A DNA stretch of 63,950 bases, filler included, from Vicugna vicugna (GCA_013265495.1; 73 parts of 73 records of this genome joined end to end with filler, not necessarily neighbours in it); one strand, 5' to 3'. Positions 10,835 to 23,299 are shown, numbered from the whole stretch's first letter. The notes: generated by a model not told the origin, from the letters alone. Program-made: numbers and translations.

Positions 10835-11852
10835 ANNNNNNNNNNNNNNNNNNNNNNNNNNNNNNNNNNNNNNNNNNNNTTAATTAATTAANNNNNNNNN
10901 NNNNNNNNNNNNNNNNNNNNNNNNNNNNNNNNNNNGATCATGTTCTAGTGAAGAGGGACAGAGAAGGAGGAAGCTTGTTAGTTTAAATACATCGTGGTAT
11001 CCATGGCAAAATGTTCACGTACAAATGCTAGGGAAAGGCTAAAGTCAGTTACACATGAACTGTTGTGTTGTGAACATGAGTCATAGGGTCTTGAAAAGAA
11101 GTTGAAAATCCGGCAATAGTGAACAACAGGAACAAAAGCACATTGTGATGGGAAAGCATGTTGTACTGTCGTATTGAGTATGAATTATAAAGGGAAGTGG
11201 AGCAATGTGAGGCAAGAATCTGAAGGGCCAAGCAGAGGTCACCTCTCAGAAAGCCTTGGATGTCAAGTTTAGCAACTTAGATTTTGCCTCGTGGCAGGGG
11301 AACAACTTACATGAGTTTAGATAGGTCACTTAATACCACAATATTAATATTAGATACTTGGAGTGAGAGACTAGAGAATGAAGTGAAGATAGTTAGACAC
11401 ATTTGCTTGTAAGAAACAGAGTCTAATTTAGATAAAGGGGGTTTAACATGAGTAGACACATAAGAACAGTAACTGTAATAGACTGTGGCAGACCTTCATG
11501 TCCAGAGTTCATCAAAATACCTCACTAATATTGTAAGTCAGCTTTCCTGCAGTGTCATGTTCAGTATGCATCTCAATGTATCTAATCTTGTCTTCTGAGA
11601 TATTAGCACCTTCTGTATGTTTTATCCTCTGCCTCACGCTTTCTCTGCACTTGTAAAGCCATCAGCCCTGACCTACTCATAACTTTAACTTAGTCCATCA
11701 TGTCCTACTGGGTTGTTTGCACATTGGTAAGCTTTCAGTTTCTGCTCCTCTGNNNNNNNNNNNNNNNNNNNNNNNNNNNNNNNNNNNNNNNNNNNNTTAA
11801 TTAATTAANNNNNNNNNNNNNNNNNNNNNNNNNNNNNNNNNNNNNNNNNNNN

Positions 11853-12371
11853 CACAAGAAGGAGGGAAATGGGGTGAGGAAAAGAAAAATTTGAGGATAA
11901 TTAAAAGAGAAAATTTTCCAGCTGCAAATTAAATGAATCAGGGACAAGAAATGTAATGTATTGGGAATACTCAATAACTATGAAATACATTTACATAGCA
12001 ACATATCATAACTAGATATATTCTGGTGAAAAGTATGAAATGTATTAAAAATAGCGAACAGTATGTTGTGTAGGAGACACTAACACAGTGTTATAGATTA
12101 AAGTATACTTCAAGAACAAACATACATACTTATAGAAAAAGAAACTGGATTTGTAATTAACAGAGGCAGGGGTTGGAAAAGGAGTATTTGATTAAAAATG
12201 CACTCAAAAGCTACAAACCTCCAGCCTTAAAATAAACGTGTTATAGGGATGCCCCGTAATAACATGAAAATTACAATTGAAACCACTTTATGTTCTATAT
12301 GAATGTTGTTAAGAGGATTAACCATTAGTTTTCTCATCACAACCAAAAGACAAATTGTATTTCTTTAAAAT
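11853..12371 (+). mobile_element. Old L1 3'UTR (L1MA-like)
   Basis: ttccagctgcaaattaaatgaatcaggga...gtatgttgtgtaggagacactaacacagtgttatag and agaggcaggggttgg...aaagctacaaacctccagc...gttgttaagagg...gttttctcatcac. Confidence 0.75.
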
Positions 12372-13476
12372 NNNNNNNNNNNNNNNNNNNNNNNNNNNNN
12401 NNNNNNNNNNNNNNNTTAATTAATTAANNNNNNNNNNNNNNNNNNNNNNNNNNNNNNNNNNNNNNNNNNNNGTTTATTTTCTAATTGGGTGACATTAGCT
12501 TTTATTTTAATTAAATAAATTAACCCTTTAAGTTGCAGTTTTTCTCATTCATATATCAGTGTTGAAAGTGCTAGTTGTGGGTAAAAATTGTTTGCTTTTT
12601 CCTGCATACTACCCATGGAACACTGCTCATTTCAGCATATTGGTTTTAGTTCATGTAATATTTCCCTGTGATGAATCCCACCATCTGGGAATTATGAGAT
12701 GTTATCTATTCCTTTCCAAAACTCTTACCTCTATTTCATATGCTAAACTGCTATTGAGTAAACTGCTATTACAATTTTGGAGGCAGGCTTAATGACCACT
12801 ATTCAGAAAATCAAATCTTACATACCCAACTATTGGTCATACAGTTTCTCAATCACAAAACCATCACAGATCGTAAGGGTAGGTTACAAACACGCAGAAT
12901 TACATTCAATCACTTCCTTCGGAAAAGCACCATCCCGCGGCACCCACATGCCATTCACAATCTCAGACAGCACATTACATAATTTCATGCAAAGTCACAA
13001 AAACCACAGCACAAACCATTTAGCTTCTCTATCGTCACCTGCGGTGTCAAACACCATTCACATAGAATCTGAAGAGAGACACAGGCAGAGGAATCCCCAC
13101 GCAGCAACAAGACTCCGTCCACTTTCACACACAACCAGCCGCAGCATCCCAGAGAGTAGGATGCACCCAAAATGGAGCAGGTTCGGCACAGGAGGCCGTC
13201 TCCATTTGGTACACACACACAACACCGTACACACACACAACACCCGCTGTGTGAGGTCCCGCTCCCGGCAGTGTAGCTTCCTCGGGGTCAAAACAGGCAA
13301 AATCCCCCCTAGCAAAACTCGCTCCAGGTCATAGTCGTTTATCACCCTCAGGGTCACGCCCACGGACCGCGCCCGANNNNNNNNNNNNNNNNNNNNNNNN
13401 NNNNNNNNNNNNNNNNNNNNTTAATTAATTAANNNNNNNNNNNNNNNNNNNNNNNNNNNNNNNNNNNNNNNNNNNN

Positions 13477-13912
13477 TCCACAAGAGGAAGTGTCCTGCGC
13501 ACTTTCAGAACTGTGAGATAAACGTAATCAAAATGAAGTTATGCTAATGGAAATAGTATGTGTTGTTCATCACAACAAATGCAACACCAGCAATTAAGAT
13601 ATACCAGACAACACACACAGGAACAGAATATGGCATCAATGTCTAGGAGAAATTGTCCTCACAGAAATCCCATGGAATTGCGTAGAGCCAAGAGTCTAAA
13701 ATTTTCACTTAACAAAGCCCTAGAAGTCTCCACTAGATACCTGATATTACCTGACCAGTAGAGTTGAAGAAGTAAAGTAGAAGAAACAGGAAGTACCATT
13801 TTCATTTCCAAAGGTATTGAAAGCCCAAAGATAAGCTTTCAAACAACTAGACTGCAAATCTCTATCTAGACCAAGTGTTGAAAATGGAGGTCTGGAAAAC
13901 ACTGAAGAACAA
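13477..13912 (+). repeat. Multi-copy block G (copy 1; upstream part of a decayed-L1-derived unit)
   Basis: Closely similar and colinear with 14146-14510 and 36861-37297 (acacacacaggaacagaatatggcatcaatgtctaggaga...). Confidence 0.88.
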
Positions 13913-14012
13913 NNNNNNNNNNNNNNNNNNNNNNNNNNNNNNNNNNNNNNNNNNNNTTAATTAATTAANNNNNNNNNNNNNNNNNNNNNNNNNNNNNNNN
14001 NNNNNNNNNNNN

Positions 14013-15124
14013 GGAAGAAATGGTTTCATTGGGAACTTCCCATGGCACTAGAGAGCAAAAGTGCACCCTCAGTATGCTGTTTTGGAAACACTCCAAAATG
14101 ACATAGAGCAGTATGCAGAGCTGAGAAACTTTAGAAGCATCATTTCCACAAGAGGAAGTGTCCTGTGCACTTTCAGAATTGTGAGATAAGCGTAATCAAA
14201 ATGAGGTCATNNNNNNNNNNNNNNNNNNNNNNNNNNNNNNNNNNNNNNNNNNNNNNNNNNCAACACACACAGGAACAGAATATGGCATCAATGTCTAGGA
14301 GAAGTTGTCCTCACAGAAATCCCATGGAATTGCGTAGAGACAAGAGTCTAAAATTTTCACTTAACAAAGCCCTAGAAATCCACATTAGATACCTGATATT
14401 ACCTGACGAGTAGAGATGAAGAAGTACAGTAAAAGAAATAGGAAGTACCATTTTCAGTTCCAAAGATATTGAAGGCCCAAAAGATAAGCTTTCAAAGAAC
14501 TAGACTGCAANNNNNNNNNNNNNNNNNNNNNNNNNNNNNNNNNNNNNNNNNNNNNNNNNNNNNNNNNNNNNNNNNNNNNNNNNNNNNNNNNNNNNNNNNN
14601 NNNNNNNNNNNNNNNNNNNAAGACGAGCCAAATAATATCAGAAAACTCAATGGATGAGATAATATCAGGGCTAAAATTCAGTCCTAAGCAAACTAGATAA
14701 TGCAGAGGGACGCGTGAATGACTGTGAAGACAGAGGAACAGAAATCACTCGGTCAGAAGCAGAATAAGGAAAGCAAGTGCAAACCAATGAAAACATTGCT
14801 GTTGAATCCTGGGGTAAGACAAGGCATGAAAGACTAGGATTCATAAGAGTCCCAAATGGAAAACAAGAGATAAAGGAACAAAAAATATCTGAAAAGACAT
14901 CTGTAGAAAAATCTGACTGAAACTTGCTGAAAGCGAGGAAAGAATCATCTATGAGAATTCTGGAAGTACACAGCGTCCAAAGGAGGTGGAATCCCAACAG
15001 ACCTCCCAGCAGTTGTGTGACTCAAATCAACAAAGTTCATGAGCATCCCAGTGACTTAAAAATGCACCTGGAGGAAAGCAACATAGTCACCAGAGAACTT
15101 CCAGAGGGGTTTCAGCTGATATCT
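14013..15124 (+). repeat. Multi-copy block G (copy 2) containing degenerate L1 ORF1
   Basis: Peptides LDNAEGRVNDCEDRGTEITRSEAE* and RILEVHSVQRRWNPNRP resemble L1 ORF1p (LDEAEERISDLEDR..EITQSE; IQEAQRVP.KMNP.RPT). Overlaps copies at 13477, 36604 and 54898. Confidence 0.85.
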
Positions 15125-15261
15125 NNNNNNNNNNNNNNNNNNNNNNNNNNNNNNNNNNNNNNNNNNNNTTAATTAATTAANNNNNNNNNNNNNNNNNNNN
15201 NNNNNNNNNNNNNNNNNNNNNNNNTGCTGAGCCCCACTCCCAGACCTGAACTACAGAGGGC

Positions 15262-15929
15262 AACCTACAAATTTAATGCAATCCCTATCAAATTACCCAG
15301 GACATAGTTCATAGAAGTAGAACAAATCATAATCAAATTTATATGAAACCATAGAAGACCAAGAATTTCCAAAGCATTACTTAAGGAAAAGTAAGAGGAT
15401 GGAGGAATAACCCTCCCAGACTTCAGACAATCCTATAGAGTTACAGGCATCAAAACAGCATGGTATTGGTACAAAATCACACATATGGACCAATGAAAAA
15501 GAATAAAGAGCTCAGAAATGATCCCATAAAATTTTGGTCAACTAATCTTCAACAAAGGAGGCAAGAATAGACAATGGAATAAAGACAGTCTCTTCAGCAA
15601 ATGGTGTTGGGAATACTGGACAGCAGCCTGTAAATCAATGAAGCTAAAACAGTCCCTCACACTATACNNNNNNNNNNNNNNNNNNNNNNNNNNNNNNNNN
15701 NNNNNNNNNNNNNNNNNNNNNNNNNNNNNNNNNNNNNNNNNNNNNNNNNNNNNNNNNNNNNNNNNNNNNNNNNNNNNNNNNNNNNNNNNNNNNNNNNNNN
15801 NNNNNNNNNNNNNNNNNNNNNNNNNNNNNNNNNNNNNNNNNNNNNNNNNNNNNNNAGCTTCTGCAAAGGAAATCATAACGAAACCGAAACGACAACCTAC
15901 AAAACGGGAGAAAATTTTTCCAAATGAAA
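15262..15929 (+). mobile_element. LINE-1 ORF2 fragment
   Basis: [23 protein letters not shown] and [27 protein letters not shown] motifs, with stops. Confidence 0.93.
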
Positions 15930-17679
15930 NNNNNNNNNNNNNNNNNNNNNNNNNNNNNNNNNNNNNNNNNNNNTTAATTAATTAANNNNNNNNNNNNNNN
16001 NNNNNNNNNNNNNNNNNNNNNNNNNNNNNCAGGCTCCTTGGATGCATCATTGCTCAGCTCAAACCCAGCCTGAGTTCACCACACCCCTCTAGGGGCTGTC
16101 CCCCACCAGGGCCATTCCCTGACCACCTCCCAGAGGGCTGGCTGCTCTGCCTGGACAATGAGACTTCCACAATCTTCTCGCTTGGGAGAGCCTGGCCCGA
16201 TGCCCCACGCCGACTGTCGAGGTGGGTGGGGAACGAAGCGGTGAGTCTGTAACCAGACAGGAGAGCTGTGTCCCACGCAGNNNNNNNNNNNNNNNNNNNN
16301 NNNNNNNNNNNNNNNNNNNNNNNNTTAATTAATTAANNNNNNNNNNNNNNNNNNNNNNNNNNNNNNNNNNNNNNNNNNNNTTTGTAACTGTTACTCAGCT
16401 TAAATTTCAACTAGTCAAAAAGGTTGTTTGATTTAAACTGCCAGTGAAAAAATATCCTGTATGTCTGTGTGTTTGTACCATAAACCATTGACCATGGATA
16501 ATACACATTTGTTTCCATTTTACTGTGGAGATGTTCTTACCATTTATCAGGTTTTGAAAGTTGACCCTGAAATTTTAAATATCCCTTTCTAAAGATTTAA
16601 GATAACTCCGTTCCTTGCTTGGCTTTACGGAACAACTTTTCACATTGTCCGACACCTCCGTACATTTCCATTCCCATGTCCGACCTTGCGCTTTACTGAA
16701 TGTAGCCTGAGGAACAAACTATGGGTCAGTCTGTGTTTTGTTTTTCAGATTTCCTAGAAGAAGAGTCAAAAAAAATGTGCCCTGAGAGACCATGTGGATC
16801 CAGAAGAAATGTCCGTCGTGTCAAAAAGCGAGAAAACTCAACTAGAAACCGGAACTAGCTTACAACGCTGGCTCTACTTCCGATTTGCCATTGAACCTGG
16901 CTTTTCTGCTTTCCAGTGCTACAGCCAGTAACATGGAACTCTCCAAAGTTTCAATTTCCTGCCTCTTAAGCAGGAGTAACACCTAACTTGCAGCATGATT
17001 GTAAACACCACATGAGAGAGAAGGAAAACTGCACCCTGCTTGGTGGTGGTGACTGATAAGCAACAAGTTTCCAATATCCCCATTTGGTATTCTCAACAGC
17101 GAAGTCAAAGACACAATTCATTAAGGCTGGGACCACTTTCTAAGTGATCTTTCAGGGACACCTGTCAGTGCTTGACTNNNNNNNNNNNNNNNNNNNNNNN
17201 NNNNNNNNNNNNNNNNNNNNNTTAATTAATTAANNNNNNNNNNNNNNNNNNNNNNNNNNNNNNNNNNNNNNNNNNNNAGATCACTTACAATCTGCTTTTG
17301 ATGACTTTATTATTTCTTGTCTGTCTTGAGATTGCTTTCTCTCTCCCATTCAGGGGGTGTGTTGATTCTAATTAGAGTAATTAAAACTTACTTGGGGCAT
17401 GATGTTTGAGCTTTGTATCAGATAGGAGTATAAACTAAAGCCCCCAGCTAGTTGATATCCAGATTTGATTATTTGCTTGAAAAGTTGGCATACACACAGC
17501 ACAGAATTCAAATTTGCAGAAGGATTTCCAGTGCAAGAGTGTCTCCATCCCACTTCTGTGTTGCCTTCCAGATCCCCTTCTTGGAGGAAACCAACTTTAC
17601 TAGTGCTTAACCAGCAATAATTATGTGCAGGCACTTGGATTATACATAAACATGTTTCAAAAAATGGTAACAAAATAGA

Positions 17680-17900
17680 CATACTATGGTACATTTTGAT
17701 TTTTACTTTAAAAATTTTAGAAATTATAATTTGAAATAAGTGAAATTTACCCACTTAACACAGTTTTAAATGTATCATTTGGTAATGTTACCTACATTGA
17801 CATTATGGTGTAACAGACCTCTAGAAATTTTCCATCTTGCAAGATCGAAATTTTGTTCCCATAAACAGCTCTTCATTTCTCTCCCTCACCCATAAACATC
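17680..17900 (-). mobile_element. Old L1 3' end fragment
   Basis: aaatttacccacttaacacagttttaaatgtatc...cctctagaaattttccatcttgcaag...gaaattttgttccc. Boundaries approximate. Confidence 0.6.
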
Positions 17901-18132
17901 ATTTCTCTCCTTCATACACCTTGTTTTTTAAAAAAAATGTTGTAGATACAGAAGTATATTTAAGAATGTGTATTATGGAGAGGCCTCTTTTCATGTAGCA
18001 AATTTATAGTAGATATTGTTTCATATCTGCAGNNNNNNNNNNNNNNNNNNNNNNNNNNNNNNNNNNNNNNNNNNNNTTAATTAATTAANNNNNNNNNNNN
18101 NNNNNNNNNNNNNNNNNNNNNNNNNNNNNNNN

Positions 18133-19198
18133 ATGCTCATTTCTGAGAGATATGTGTGTGTGAAAGCCGTCCTTCAATTAGCTTGTAGGGAAAACTAAGT
18201 TTCTTTCATTTTAAAACCCCACTAATTGCATATATAAGGGGAGGTACAAGCTCCAACACGGTTTTACAGTGAAAACGGCAGTAACTTCAAACCTGTACTA
18301 GAAAACAGACTGAGAAACCAGAGTAAGTGTTTCTCCTGTAAACCGTTCCCTTTGTGCTGGAAGAATGTACGTCTCTCCTCAAGCTCAGTTCTGAGAGATA
18401 AGTGTGTGTGAAAGCCGTCCTTCACCTAGCATGAAGGGAACACAAAGTTTCTTTTCATTAGCAAACACCACTACATAAATATATACGGGGGTGACAAGTT
18501 CCAATTAGGTTTCACAATGAAAAATGCAGATACTTCATACTGGCACTAGGAAACAGACTGAGAAACCAGAGTAAGTGTTTCCCCTGCAACCCGTTCCCTT
18601 TGTGCTGGATGAACGAACGTCTCTGCACATGCTCGGTTCTGAGAGATAAGTATGTGTGAAAGCCGTCCTTCACATAAATTGAAGGGAACACAAATTTTTT
18701 TTTCAGGTGAAAACCCCACTACATGCATATATATGGGGAGGTACAAGCGCCAACTCGGTTATACAGTGAAACCTACAGGAAATTCAAACCGGCAGGAGGA
18801 AACACACAGAGAAACCAGCGTAAGTGTTTCTCCTACAAACCGTTCCCTTTGTCCTGGATGAACGAACGTCTCACTACATGCTCAGTTCTGAGAGAAAATT
18901 GTGTGTAAATGCCGTCCTTCACCTAGCTTGAAGGNNNNNNNNNNNNNNNNNNNNNNNNNNNNNNNNNNNNNNNNNNNNNNNNNNNNNNNNNNNNNNNNNN
19001 NNNNNNNNNNNNNNNNNNNNNNNNNNNNNNNNNNNNNNNNNNNNNNNNNNNNNNNNNNNNNNNNNNNNNNNNNNNNNNNNNNNNNNNNNNNNNNNNCTGC
19101 AACCCGTTTGTGCTGGATGAACGATCGTCTCTCCACATGCTCAGCTCTGAAAATTAAATGGGTGTGAAAGCCGACCTTCATGTAGCTTGAAGGGAACA
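18133..19198 (+). repeat. Satellite B (~248-249-bp monomer) tandem array
   Basis: acagactgagaaaccagagtaagtgttt-type landmark at about 18305, 18553 and 18802. Confidence 0.93.
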
Positions 19199-19298
19199 NN
19201 NNNNNNNNNNNNNNNNNNNNNNNNNNNNNNNNNNNNNNNNNNTTAATTAATTAANNNNNNNNNNNNNNNNNNNNNNNNNNNNNNNNNNNNNNNNNNNN

Positions 19299-19885
19299 AA
19301 CTTCCCTGAACTTGGGGAGGCAGCTTCTATCACTGGGATTTCCAGCAAATCCCCCTAGCATTCCCTGTCACAGGGACATTAGGAAATCCCTCACGGGAGA
19401 CGAGCTTAGGCATTCCGTTAGAACACACGCACTGCCGTCCGTTGGTGGAACCTCCGCACGCTCAGGATTCCGGAACCATTGTCAGTGCGCGGGGGAGCTC
19501 GAGAGACAACTCCACGCAGCTCTCTTCAGTCACAGGTGTTCCATGTNNNNNNNNNNNNNNNNNNNNNNNNNNNNNNNNNNNNNNNNNNNNNNNNNNNNNN
19601 NNNNNNNNNNNNNNNNNNNNNNNNNNNNNNNNNNNNNNNNNNNNNNNNNNNNNNNNNNNNNNNNNNNNNNNNNNNNNNNNNNNNNNNNNNNNNNNNNNNN
19701 NNNNNNNNNNNNNNNNNNNNNNNNNNNNNNNNNNNNNNNNNNNNNNNNNNNNNNNNNNNAACTCCATGCAGCTCTCTTCAGTCAAAGGTGTTTCATGATC
19801 GGGGAAGTCCGAGAAATAACTTCGCTGACCATGGGGAGGCAGCTTCTGTCACTGGGATTTCTTGCAAAACCCCCTAGCATTCCCT
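19299..19885 (+). repeat. Satellite A fragment
   Basis: Satellite A consensus motifs on both sides of an internal gap. Confidence 0.93.
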
Positions 19886-19985
19886 NNNNNNNNNNNNNNN
19901 NNNNNNNNNNNNNNNNNNNNNNNNNNNNNTTAATTAATTAANNNNNNNNNNNNNNNNNNNNNNNNNNNNNNNNNNNNNNNNNNNN

Positions 19986-20687
19986 CGAGTTGGAGCTTGT
20001 CCCTCCCCATATATATGTACGTAGAGGAGTGTGTAGCTGAATAGAAATTTGTGTTCCAAAAAAGCTAGGTGAAGGACCGCTTTCACAATCGCTTATCTCT
20101 CAGAAATAAGCGTGTTGAGAGACGTTCGTTCATCTAGCACAAGGGGAACCGTTTGCAGGAGAAACACTTACTTTGGTTTGTAACACTGTTTCCTAGTGCC
20201 GGAATTTCCTGCAGTTTTCACTGTAAAACCGAGTTGGAGCTTGTACCTCCCCATATATATGTATGGAGTGGAGTTTGCAACTGAAAAGAAACTTTGTGTT
20301 TCCTTCAAGCTAGGTTAAGGCGGCATTCACACAAACATATCTCTCAGAACTGAGCATGTGGGGAGACGCCCATTCCACCAGCAAAAAAGGAACGGGTTAC
20401 AGGAGAAACACTTACTCTGGTTTCTCAGTCTGTTTCCTAGGGCCGGTTTGAAGTGCCTGCCGTTTTCACTGTAAAACCGAGTTGGAGCTTGTACCTCCCC
20501 ATATATATGTATGGAGTGGAGTTTGCAACTGAAAAGAAACTTTGTGTTTCCTTCAAGATAGGTGAAGGAGGGATTTCACACACACATATCTCTCAGAAAA
20601 TAGCATGGTTAGAGACGTTCGTCCATCCAGCAACAGTGGAAATGGTTGCAGGAAAAGCACTTACTCTGGTTTCTCAGTCTGTTTCCT
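19986..20687 (-). repeat. Satellite B tandem array (reverse orientation)
   Basis: cgagttggagcttg at 19986, 20230 and 20478 (244 and 248 bp spacing); reverse complement of the 18133 array. Confidence 0.93.
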
Positions 20688-21244
20688 NNNNNNNNNNNNN
20701 NNNNNNNNNNNNNNNNNNNNNNNNNNNNNNNTTAATTAATTAANNNNNNNNNNNNNNNNNNNNNNNNNNNNNNNNNNNNNNNNNNNNCATCCACTACCAT
20801 CCTTAGCTTTACAGGGCTCCTACCTGTAGCCATAGGAAGTAAATATTTAAGGCTGAAATTCTAAGATAAAAGCTCTGGAAATGAAAGCAGAAAAGCAACA
20901 GTCCAGCAGGAGATGTCATCACCAGCTGAAATCTAGAAGAATCGACTTGCGCCAACAAGACAGACTTCCAAGTCCACAAGAAAATGAATTTATACCTTCC
21001 TACAGACTCAGGTAATAAAAAATGACTGTCAATGCCAGTAAGAGGGAGACCATCTAAATTGCAAACCTGGAAATAGTGGCATATGAGGAAGATCTGTACC
21101 AACAGGAAGGGGAATGATGGCACACGCAAACAGAAGGCATGTTCTCTTGGTGATGAGACAAGGCCAAATGCAAGAATAACCGATCCATAATTATCTAGCA
21201 GCATCCAAAGGGCAGACGCTCCGTATCTGTTGATGGTATGTATC

Positions 21245-21300
21245 AATTAATTAATTCTTCTTCGATCCACAAATATTTAATGTGCAACCACTCTGTGCCA
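21245..21300 (-). mobile_element. LINE-2 3' end fragment
   Basis: ttcttcgatccacaaatatttaatgtgcaaccactctgtgcca resembles the L2 end attcattcaacaaatatttattgagcacctactatgtgcca. Confidence 0.55.
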
Positions 21301-21774
21301 NNNNNNNNNNNNNNNNNNNNNNNNNNNNNNNNNNNNNNNNNNNNNNNNNNNNNNNNNNNNNNNNNNCAGTTATAGGCACAACAGGAATTTTTAAGTCTAT
21401 ACTTCAGTATTGATATCAGTGTAGGTATGAGAAAACATACTAATTGCAAAAAACATTAATTGCAACAGTCCCTTTTGTCTTGGATTTTGGAGAGAGATTT
21501 CAATACATGAGAACACATGAAGAGAGAACACAAACAAACATGTTTGACGCTGCTTGCAAAACATACACGAAGCCCTTTTTTTTGTTTTCCTTAGCCTATT
21601 ATCCATAATGACGATACTTGAGAAAACTGATGATTCACTGAGGAGTCAGAGAGAATAGGAGTGAAGCTGCCATCNNNNNNNNNNNNNNNNNNNNNNNNNN
21701 NNNNNNNNNNNNNNNNNNTTAATTAATTAANNNNNNNNNNNNNNNNNNNNNNNNNNNNNNNNNNNNNNNNNNNN

Positions 21775-23160
21775 GAAGTCCGAGAAATACCTTCCCTGAC
21801 CTTGGGGGGGCAGCCTGTGACACAGGGATATCCTGCAATCACCCCTAACATTCCCTGGCAAGGAGACATTAGGAAAACCCTTAGGGGAGACGAGCTTATG
21901 CATTCCGTTCGAACCCACGCGCTGCCGACCGTTGATGGAACCTCCCCACGCTCAGGATTCCGGAACCATTGTCATTGCGTGGGGTAGCTCGAGAGACAAC
22001 TCCACGCAGCTCTCTTNNNNNNNNNNNNNNNNNNNNNNNNNNNNNNNNNNNNNNNNNNNNNNNNNNNNNNNNNNNNNNNNNNNNNNNNNNNNNNNNNNNN
22101 NNNNNNNNNNNNNNNNNNNNNNNNNNNNNNNNNNNNNNNNNNNNNNNNNNNNNNNNNNNNNNNNNNNNNNNNNNNNNNNNNNNNNNNNNNNNNNNNNNNN
22201 NNNNNNNNNNNNNNNNNNNNNNNNNNNNNNNNNNNNNNNNNNNNNNNNNNNNNNNNNNNNNNNNNNNNNNNNNNNNNNNNNNNNNNNNNNNNNNNNNNNN
22301 NNNNNNNNNNNNNNNNNNNNNNNNNNNNNNNNNNNNNNNNNNNNNGCACTGGGATGCAATCACGCCTAGAATTCCCTGGCACAGAGATATTAGGAAAACC
22401 CTCAGGGGAGACGAGCTTTGGCATTCCATTTGAACCCACGCGCTGCCGACATTTGTTGGAACCTCCTCACGCTCAGGATTACGGAAAAATTATCAGTGCG
22501 TGGGGGAGCTCGAGAGACAACTCCACAAAGCTCTCTTCAGTCACAGGTGTTCCCTGTTCTGGGAAGTCCGAGATNNNNNNNNNNNNNNNNNNNNNNNNNN
22601 NNNNNNNNNNNNNNNNNNNNNNNNNNNNNNNNNNNNNNNNNNNNNNNNNNNNNNNNNNNNNNNNNNNNNNNNNNNNNNNNNNNNNNNNNNNNNNNNNNNN
22701 NNNNNNNNNNNNNNNNNNNNNNNNNNNNNNNNNNNNNNNNNNNNNNNNNNNNNNNNNNNNNNNNNNNNNNNNNNNNNNNNNNNNNNNNNNNNNNNNNNNN
22801 NNNNNNNNNNNNNNNNNNNNNNNNNNNNNNNNNNNNNNNNNNNNNNNNNNNNNNNNNNNNNNNNNNNNNNNNNNNNNNNNNNNNNNNNNNNNNNNNNNNN
22901 NNNNNNNNNNNNNNNNNNNNNNNNNNNNNNNNNNNNNNNNNNNNNNNNNNNNNNNNNNNNNNNNNNNNNNNNNNNNNNNNNNNNNNNNNNNNNNNNNNNN
23001 NNNNNNNNNNNNNNNNNNNNNNNNNNNNNNNNNNNNNNNNNNNNNNNNNNNNNNNNNNNNNNNNNNNNNNNNNNNNNNNNNNNNNNNNNNNNNNNNNNNN
23101 NNNNNNNNNAGGGATTCAGCCTCGGTCACTGGGATATCCTGCAAACACCCCTAGCATTCC
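21775..23160 (+). repeat. Satellite A array (gapped)
   Basis: Three sequenced pieces all match the satellite A monomer. Confidence 0.93.
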
Positions 23161-23299
23161 NNNNNNNNNNNNNNNNNNNNNNNNNNNNNNNNNNNNNNNN
23201 NNNNTTAATTAATTAANNNNNNNNNNNNNNNNNNNNNNNNNNNNNNNNNNNNNNNNNNNNATAGCAAGCTGTCTCTCAGCCCTCTGTCTAAAGCAAGAT

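Noticed and set aside
12777..13334. 185-aa ORF without N
   Set aside because: Non-ATG start in the track, no recognisable domain, and His/Thr-rich composition from CA-rich sequence.
21244..21256. AATTAATTAATT resembling the linker
   Set aside because: Not flanked by N; natural AT-rich sequence at an L2 tail.
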